Below are positions 57,455 through 64,000 of a stretch of 64,000 bases of DNA, piece after piece. The notes under the pieces are model-generated. The model saw nothing but the letters and a program-made list of their open reading frames with translations. It did no database searches and was not told the DNA's origin. Source of the DNA: a bacterium (GTDB lineage Bacteria > Omnitrophota > Gorgyraeia > Zapsychrales > Zapsychraceae); contig JAUIER010000005.1 of the NCBI GenBank assembly GCA_030429765.1, positions 3,175 to 67,174 on the forward strand, in the 5' to 3' direction. Numbering within the stretch: the first letter of the stretch is position 1; the number at the start of each line of letters is the position of its first letter. The translations under genes were made by a program, and so were the position numbers.

Positions 57455-58401
57455 TGCTTGATAGAATTTTTGGTTTTCGTTTGGTTCGGATTGGGACGGC
57501 TCTTCCAGCGTCGGTGCATCCAGCCCCACTCCAGCGGATATGTCCGGGCGTAACGTTCGATGACATTGGTGATTTTCTGAATATTCACCTGCAGCATTTC
57601 GTCATTGTCGTCCCGTTCTTCAATCTTCATTTCCGGCTCGACAATCACCTGATGCATGCCGTTTTCTTTATGAATGATAAACATCAGGATGATCGCGGCG
57701 CCGGTTCGACGTGACAATACCACCGGACCCGTCGCTGTCGCTGCCTTGCGACCGAAGAAATCCACAAACACCGATCCGCCGCTGCCGGAGTTCTGGTCCA
57801 GCGGGACAAACAAAACCTCATTGTTCCGCAAAACCTCCAGGCACTGCGACACACACTGTTTACGGGGGATCGCGTAAATCGTCTTGAGCCCCGAATCCGT
57901 CCGTTTCTTCAGAAGATACTCTTCCATTTTCTCGTCGCGGGCCGGACGGACAATCGAGCTTACTTTATACCCCTGCATCGCGCAGTAAAACATCATCAGC
58001 GGAAAATTGCCGAAGTGAGCGGTCACGACAATAGCCCCCTTGCCGCGCGCCAAGGCCGCGTCGAGATGCTCCCGTCCGTCCATGTACACCGAACTGTTCA
58101 CATGCTCGGGATGGACCAGAAAGTACGACATCTCAATCATCGCCATGCCGAGATTCCGGAAACACTTCTTGATGATCTGTTTGATCTCTTTGTCAGACTT
58201 TTCTTTGCCGTAGGCGATGGTCAGACTTTCATGGGCAATCCGTCGGTGACGGATCGTAAACTGAAATCCCAACGCCAATGCCAGATGGGCGAAAAACCGG
58301 ACAATGCCGTAGGGAACATGCTTTAACAACCATGTAAAAAAATAAAGCCCCTGACGGGCGGCCGCCCGTTGGAACTTTTTGACGTGTTTGTTCTTGCTCA
58401 T
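57451..58401 (-). CDS. lpxL: lipid A late acyltransferase (LpxL/HtrB family)
   Basis: AHFGNF, LDQ......FVDFFG..A.T..GP, YPLEW.W.HRRWK. Confidence 0.9.
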   Translation of the reverse strand: MSKNKHVKKFQRAAARQGLYFFTWLLKHVPYGIVRFFAHLALALGFQFTIRHRRIAHESLTIAYGKEKSDKEIKQIIKKCFRNLGMAMIEMSYFLVHPEHVNSSVYMDGREHLDAALARGKGAIVVTAHFGNFPLMMFYCAMQGYKVSSIVRPARDEKMEEYLLKKRTDSGLKTIYAIPRKQCVSQCLEVLRNNEVLFVPLDQNSGSGGSVFVDFFGRKAATATGPVVLSRRTGAAIILMFIIHKENGMHQVIVEPEMKIEERDDNDEMLQVNIQKITNVIERYARTYPLEWGWMHRRWKSRPNPNQTKTKNSIKQ

Positions 58402-58426
58402 TTTTAGCCGATAAGGTCAGACCGCC

Positions 58427-59164
58427 TCAGCGTTCCAGCGCACCCTGAATCGTGACAATCAGACTTTCCGCGTTGACGGGTTTTGTTAGATGAGCCTCAC
58501 CGCCGGCATCGATCTCCGCCGTGATGTCATCCTGAGAATCCTTTGCTGTTAAAAATATCACCGGAATATGCCGCGTGCGTTCATCTTCCTTAAGCCGCCG
58601 GCAGACTTCACGCCCCTTGATCCCCGGCAGGATCACGTCGAGCAGGATCAAATCCGGCCCCTGCTCCTGGGCGATCCGGAGCCCTTCCTCGCCTTTATTC
58701 GCCGTCAGGACGGAATAGCCGTGCGACATCAAGATCGGCCGGACGGTTTTGATTAGAATTTCGTCATCATCGACGACGAGAATACTCTGCCATTTGCGTC
58801 GGGCGGACCTGAAATGCAGACGAACATCACTCAATTGAAAATAGATCCCGAAGATAAACGATCCCAGGATGTACGGGATCGGCACGAGATCATCAAATTT
58901 GAAATACAAGTAGACCAGCAATGCGCACAGCGCCAGATTTCCAACGACCAGTCCCTTTCGCGCGGCCTCCACCTTCTTGTTGACGGCCAACGCGCACACA
59001 AACAGGATGGCCAGTAACAGCACCAACAGCAGGGTAAACGGCCGGGCCGCGTCATCGCGCATATTCAGAATGAATGACACCGCCGACAAACAGTACAAAA
59101 TGGAAAGGACAAATCCAACCGTGCGGATCGCGACAAATTTTTTATGGACAGGCGCTTTAAACAT
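58427..59164 (-). CDS. membrane-anchored receiver-domain protein
   Basis: Four TMs followed by ILVVDDD, DLILLD..LP, FLTA, LTKP. Confidence 0.85.
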   Translation of the reverse strand: MFKAPVHKKFVAIRTVGFVLSILYCLSAVSFILNMRDDAARPFTLLLVLLLAILFVCALAVNKKVEAARKGLVVGNLALCALLVYLYFKFDDLVPIPYILGSFIFGIYFQLSDVRLHFRSARRKWQSILVVDDDEILIKTVRPILMSHGYSVLTANKGEEGLRIAQEQGPDLILLDVILPGIKGREVCRRLKEDERTRHIPVIFLTAKDSQDDITAEIDAGGEAHLTKPVNAESLIVTIQGALER

Positions 59165-59170
59165 AGATTA

Positions 59171-59563
59171 TCAGCCGGACTGGACCTTTTTGTTTAGGAT
59201 AAATGCCAGGACCGTCATCACCACCGCAACACCGGCCGGCAAAAAGTAGGCAGGCGACGTGATCAAATTGGTCGTGGACAGACGGTTCATCAGCACCGCG
59301 GTCATCACACCGATGAGCACCACGGCGACGATATGAACAGCCGCTGACGATTTGTTTTTGAGAACCGACATCAATCCGATCGCCACGAACAGCAGCGCCG
59401 ATAGCGTCAACAGGATCATAAACCAGTCGTTCGCACCCATCGCCGCGGCGGCTCCCGACATCTTTTTATCGAGCAACACAGGAAGGGTAAATAACAGAAC
59501 CCTCACTGAAACAATAACTTCCGCCCATGCCAAAATCTGCGGACCGATTGATTGATTTTTCAT
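59171..59563 (-). CDS. hypothetical membrane protein
   Basis: GGAGG RBS upstream of ATG 59563; four hydrophobic segments. Confidence 0.6.
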   Translation of the reverse strand: MKNQSIGPQILAWAEVIVSVRVLLFTLPVLLDKKMSGAAAAMGANDWFMILLTLSALLFVAIGLMSVLKNKSSAAVHIVAVVLIGVMTAVLMNRLSTTNLITSPAYFLPAGVAVVMTVLAFILNKKVQSG

Positions 59564-59603
59564 TATGTGAATCCCTCCATAAAATATTATAAGTAATAAT
59601 CGT

Positions 59604-61121
59604 CTATTGAGAAGCCTTAATTCGTCTTTTTGGGCAACGAACCAGTAGTATACACCCGATGCACAAAAATACAAAAACATTCCCGAAGCGCGTGTACAAC
59701 GAAAGCCCGGTGTTGAGCGGCACCTCCTGGACAAACGTGCCGGCCACATCCACCCGGCGGCCATCCTCCGATTGAACCTCATTCAAACGCCGGCCGAACG
59801 GATCGATCACACTGCTGATACCCGTATTCGCCGACCGGACCAGCGAGCGCCGATTCTCCACCGCCCGAAAAATGGATGATGTTAGATGCAGATCCGCCGC
59901 CTTGGAATCCTTGAACCACGCGTCATTGGTCATGTTAAGCAGCCACTGCGCACCGGCCTGCACAAACGGCCGGGCCATCCGCGCAACCGTATCCTCAAAA
60001 CAAATCAGCACACTGAACGGCGCAATACCCGGCGACTCAAACACCGTCCATCGCTCACCGCGGGTAAAGTCCGAAATCGGCACCAGATCGGCCAATGGCC
60101 CGATCAGAGCGCGTCCAGGCAAAAACTCGCCGAACGGCACCAGATGAATCTTGTCATATTGCGAACCGATACGTCCATCCGCTCCCATCAACAGCACTGT
60201 GTTATGATAATCATCACCCCGGCGTTCAATCGCACCCAGCATCATCGGAATCGATACCGTGCGGGCCAGCGCTTCCACCTGACCAAACAGCGCGTCATCC
60301 TCGCCGAGGATCCCGGGAAACGATGTCTCCGGCCAGATGATCAGATCAGGTTTTTCGGCCGCTACCTCCATCGTGAATGTTCGGTACGCCTTCATGATCA
60401 TCGGCCAGGCGAACTCCGCCCACTTCATCTCCTGTTCGATATTTCCCTGAACCACACCGACGGTCAACGATTTCGCAGGCAAGGGCTGCGACAATCGGAT
60501 CAACCCGTACAGCCAGTGACTCACAAGTATCGCCGTAAAAACCGCCAAATAAACCCGACGGCAAAGCGGCCGCTCAGGTAAACGTCTGATCTGCGCCGCG
60601 AACACATTCACCATACAGACCACAAACGAAATCCCGTACACGCCCGCGACATCCGCGATCTGTATCGATACCAGGTTCGGCGCCTGCGAATGGCCCAGAC
60701 TGATCCAGTCAAATCCCGTAAACACGATTCCGCGAACCCACTCGAGCGCCACCCAGACACTCGGGATCACGATCAGTCGCTTCAGCGGTGTCCACTGAGA
60801 GGTGCGACACACATACATCCCGAAGACCGCATAATACAACGACAGATACAGAAACAAGGCCACCACACCGACGGCCGCCACAACCGAAAACCATTCCGTA
60901 ATGTGAAAGAGCCAATAAAGCGTACCGCTAAACGTCAGACATCCGCATAAAAACCCGATACGAATACCCTGCCACGTCGACTTACCGTCGAGGGCGATCA
61001 AGAAAGGAACCAGACTGATCCAGGCCAGCGGCCACCAGCTCATCGACGGAAACGATAAGGTGATCAGGATTGCCGTCGCCACGCACAGCATCAGATTTTT
61101 CAGATGTTCTGCCAAAACCAC
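59604..61121 (-). CDS. lnt: apolipoprotein N-acyltransferase
   Basis: VQGNI, WPET, YDKIHLVPFGEF, ICFED, TNDAWF, RAVEN....RSANTGIS. Confidence 0.96.
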   Translation of the reverse strand: MVLAEHLKNLMLCVATAILITLSFPSMSWWPLAWISLVPFLIALDGKSTWQGIRIGFLCGCLTFSGTLYWLFHITEWFSVVAAVGVVALFLYLSLYYAVFGMYVCRTSQWTPLKRLIVIPSVWVALEWVRGIVFTGFDWISLGHSQAPNLVSIQIADVAGVYGISFVVCMVNVFAAQIRRLPERPLCRRVYLAVFTAILVSHWLYGLIRLSQPLPAKSLTVGVVQGNIEQEMKWAEFAWPMIMKAYRTFTMEVAAEKPDLIIWPETSFPGILGEDDALFGQVEALARTVSIPMMLGAIERRGDDYHNTVLLMGADGRIGSQYDKIHLVPFGEFLPGRALIGPLADLVPISDFTRGERWTVFESPGIAPFSVLICFEDTVARMARPFVQAGAQWLLNMTNDAWFKDSKAADLHLTSSIFRAVENRRSLVRSANTGISSVIDPFGRRLNEVQSEDGRRVDVAGTFVQEVPLNTGLSLYTRFGNVFVFLCIGCILLVRCPKRRIKASQ

Positions 61122-61666
61122 CGTCCTTTGACCGGATGAAATACCTTACGGATCCGCGGCCGGCAGAAATACCAGACCATCCCGATACAAAATATCAGGT
61201 CAACCGCGATAAATGCCATTTGAGAAATTTTAGGATGCGACGGGTTCATCAACCGGTGCCGGCTGATGTCGGGCGGGTACAACGGATAGGCAAATTGATC
61301 GGTGATCGTACCGGCGGGCAGCTGATTGATCCCCTTTTGGTATTCCCAGTATATCTGTATATTCTCGAATACCGAATAAGGATGCTTCCAGCCGATGGTC
61401 ACAATCGTCGTGACGCACAAAAACAAGACCATGCGCCGCGCCCAGGCCTTGTGACACATCAATCCGATGGCCGTGATGATCCCGACGAGCCTCAGACCGA
61501 CGGACATGTAGTAACGATCATTGATCTGACCGGAAGGCAGCTGCTGAAACATAAACACGTAATAGTCGTAGTCGAGAAAGCCGAAGAGTTTGTAGCACGA
61601 ACCTAAGATCAGGAGGACCGCGGCCACGATCACACCGCGAGGTTTACGTTTTATTGACCGCAGCAT
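61100..61666 (-). CDS. hypothetical membrane protein
   Basis: Four TM segments; overlaps both neighbours in the operon. Confidence 0.6.
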   Translation of the reverse strand: MLRSIKRKPRGVIVAAVLLILGSCYKLFGFLDYDYYVFMFQQLPSGQINDRYYMSVGLRLVGIITAIGLMCHKAWARRMVLFLCVTTIVTIGWKHPYSVFENIQIYWEYQKGINQLPAGTITDQFAYPLYPPDISRHRLMNPSHPKISQMAFIAVDLIFCIGMVWYFCRPRIRKVFHPVKGRWFWQNI

Positions 61667-64000
61667 TTTTTATATTTTTTTCCGCTGCCGCACGGGCAAG
61701 GATCATTCCGTCCGACCTTGGGACCTTCCGTCCGCACCGGAGCCTGACGTGGAGCCGCGCTGTCCGACTGCTGGGGCATGGCCGCGGCCTGCGGCGCCAT
61801 GTTCTGAGCCACATCGACGATATCACCGGCATCATCATGCACATAGTTCTGCGGTAATGAACTGAATACGCCCTTGATCCGCTGGGAGCGGTCGGCCGGC
61901 TGCATCTTCATGATCAATTCCGCGACTTCCTGATTGATCGACGCGTACATGGTCTCAAACATCCCGAAGCCTTCCTTCTTGTACTCGATCAACGGATCAC
62001 GTTGGCCGTAAGACCGAAGTCCAATCCCTTCCTTAAGCAGGTCCATCGCGTAAAGGTGATCTTTCCATTTGGAGTCGATCATGTTGAGCATGAGCATGCG
62101 TTCAAGATAGCGCAACTGATCGGCGCCGATATCTTTTTCTTTGGCGTCGTACTGCTTCATCAAATCATCGAGGATCAATTGCGTAATATCCGCCTGCGAC
62201 ATCTCGGTGATCTTGTCTTTCTGCGGTGACAGATCGTAATCAAACGCCACCTTCAAATAACTGTTCAGGCCGTCAAAATCCCACTGATCTTCCTTGCCTT
62301 CCACGAACAGGTGGTCCGCCACTACCGCGGAGACTAAACCTTCTATCGCCTCGACGACAACATACTTGATGTCATCTGTCTCCAAGACCATGCGGCGCAG
62401 ATCATAGATAACCTCACGCTGACGGTTCATGACGTTGTCATATTCGAGCAGATGTTTTCGGATCTCGAAGTTATGCCCCTCGACACGTTTTTGCGCGTTT
62501 TCTAACGCCCGGTTCAGCCACGGATGTTCCAGCGCCTGGCCTTCTTCCATCCCCAACTTATCCATCACGCCGATAATCCGATCGGAGGCAAATAAACGCA
62601 TCAAATCATCTTCCAATGAAACATAAAATCTCGACGCCCCCGGATCACCCTGTCGTCCCTGTCGACCGCGCAACTGATTGTCGATCCGTCGGGATTCATG
62701 CCGCTCCGTCCCCAACACATACAGCCCGCCCAGCTCGCGCACCTTGACCTGCTCTTCCTTACACTTTTGGGTGAATTGCGAAATAAACTTCTGCGTCATC
62801 TCATCGCGTTCAGCATCACTCGCGCCGTCCTTGATCTTTTGATCAACGAGATTCGCCGCCAAAAATTCCGGGTTTCCGCCCAGCACAATATCCGTCCCTC
62901 GACCGGCCATGTTCGTGGCAATCGTGACCCCGCCCAGACGCCCGGCCTGCGCGATGATATTGGCTTCCTGCGTGTGAAACTTGGCGTTCAGGACATTGTG
63001 CGCGATTCCCCGCTGCTTCAACATACGGGAGAGCAGCTCCGAACGCTCAATCGAGATCGTCCCGACGAGCACCGGCTGACCTTTTTGATGACATTCAGCA
63101 ATGTCGCTCACAACCGCTTCGTACTTTTCCTTTTGCGACTTGTAGATGGCATCGGGATAGTTCAATCGCTGAAGTTTTTTATTGGTGGGAATAACGACCG
63201 TCTCAAGTTTGTAGATTTGCTTAAATTCGGTCGCCTCGGTATAAGCCGTCCCGGTCATCCCTGAAAGCTTTTCGTATAGACGGAAATAGTTCTGAAAGGT
63301 GATGGTCGCCAGCGTCTGATTTTCCCGCTCGATCTTGATGCCTTCCTTGGCCTCTACCGCCTGGTGCAGACCGTCCGACCAGCGCCGGCCCGGCATCATC
63401 CGTCCGGTGAATTCGTCGACAATAATGACTTCTCCGTCCTGAACCACATAGTCCACATCGCGGACAAAAAATTCCTTGGCCTTGAGCGCGGCCATGATGT
63501 GATGCCGCTCTTCGATGGTCTCCATATCGTGCAGGTTATCGATACCCAGCAGTTTTGCCGCTTTTTCCTCGCCGGCGTCCGACAATGAAATGGATTTGTT
63601 TTTCTCGTCCGCCAGATAATCGAAACCTTCAGATAAATCGATCTCCTTGTGCTTGGCGTCTACTTCATCCTTTTCGGTGATCCGTCGTCCGGTGAGCTGT
63701 TTACTGACATCGAAGGCTTTATAGTATTTGTCCGTGGCCTTCTCCGAGGGCCCCGAAATAATCAAGGGAGTTCGCGCCTCGTCGACAAGAATACTATCAA
63801 CCTCATCAACGATCGAAAAATGATGCGGACGCTGGACCATGGCCTCTTTGTAGTTGACCATATTGTCCCGCAGGTAATCAAATCCGAACTCATTGTTGGT
63901 TCCGTAGGTAATGTCGCAATCGTACGCTTTTTTACGTTCTTCCGGGATCATATCATGCAGGATCACGCCGACGGTGAGCCCCAAAAACCGGTACAACGGC
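61651..64000 (-). CDS. secA: protein translocase SecA (5' end outside the window)
   Basis: DEVDSILVDEARTPLIISG, TNMAGRGTDI, QLRGR.GRQGDPG, C-terminal GRNDPCPCGSGKKYKKCCG. Confidence 0.99.
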   Translation of the reverse strand, partial: PLYRFLGLTVGVILHDMIPEERKKAYDCDITYGTNNEFGFDYLRDNMVNYKEAMVQRPHHFSIVDEVDSILVDEARTPLIISGPSEKATDKYYKAFDVSKQLTGRRITEKDEVDAKHKEIDLSEGFDYLADEKNKSISLSDAGEEKAAKLLGIDNLHDMETIEERHHIMAALKAKEFFVRDVDYVVQDGEVIIVDEFTGRMMPGRRWSDGLHQAVEAKEGIKIERENQTLATITFQNYFRLYEKLSGMTGTAYTEATEFKQIYKLETVVIPTNKKLQRLNYPDAIYKSQKEKYEAVVSDIAECHQKGQPVLVGTISIERSELLSRMLKQRGIAHNVLNAKFHTQEANIIAQAGRLGGVTIATNMAGRGTDIVLGGNPEFLAANLVDQKIKDGASDAERDEMTQKFISQFTQKCKEEQVKVRELGGLYVLGTERHESRRIDNQLRGRQGRQGDPGASRFYVSLEDDLMRLFASDRIIGVMDKLGMEEGQALEHPWLNRALENAQKRVEGHNFEIRKHLLEYDNVMNRQREVIYDLRRMVLETDDIKYVVVEAIEGLVSAVVADHLFVEGKEDQWDFDGLNSYLKVAFDYDLSPQKDKITEMSQADITQLILDDLMKQYDAKEKDIGADQLRYLERMLMLNMIDSKWKDHLYAMDLLKEGIGLRSYGQRDPLIEYKKEGFGMFETMYASINQEVAELIMKMQPADRSQRIKGVFSSLPQNYVHDDAGDIVDVAQNMAPQAAAMPQQSDSAAPRQAPVRTEGPKVGRNDPCPCGSGKKYKKCCGQ

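Noticed and set aside
59872-63588. Plus-strand ORFs of 178-231 aa opposite lnt and secA
   Set aside because: Antisense to well-conserved housekeeping genes, with no motifs

Overview
The window has two parts. (1) Positions 596-32391 are a 31,750-bp integrated element. It is bounded by a perfect 46-bp direct repeat matching the 3' half of an initiator tRNA-Met, whose intact copy lies at 32347-32423 on the minus strand. The element has a phage-satellite-like core in its interior (CGNR Zn-finger, Zn-finger/Toprim/SF3 primase-helicase, excisionase, tyrosine integrase, TerS-like protein). It also has a defence-like block (PHP-ATPase, two PD-(D/E)XK nucleases, and a C-protein with a C-box but no methyltransferase). 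Its large cargo is a co-oriented run of Sec-exported proteins: a lectin-like/FN3/FlgD adhesin, a TolB-like propeller, two Ig-like proteins, a signal-peptide-bearing Rhs toxin with a putative immunity gene, GspB/GspC-like proteins and a lone secretin. A PAS regulator, a priming sugar transferase and a PEP-CTERM protein are also carried. (2) Positions 32.4-64 kb are host chromosome of a diderm bacterium; gene style suggests PVC/Omnitrophota, which is an inference. This part contains ftsB, eno, an FtsH-like protease with three tandem AAA domains plus a lipoprotein, purN, a TMTC-like glycosyltransferase, orphan immunity-like genes, and an ATPase-less metal uptake operon with an RHH regulator and a RAPP-ending leader protein. 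It continues with tRNA-Phe and its palindromes, an NSS transporter, hppA, an unannotated 26-aa bL37-like ribosomal protein, gph, lpxL, lnt and the 3' part of secA. The best candidates for new biology are the mobile secretin-associated, Sec-dependent Rhs module, the triple-AAA FtsH, and the MTase-less C-controlled nuclease/PHP-ATPase block. All family calls come from motif recognition by eye; no database searches were run.
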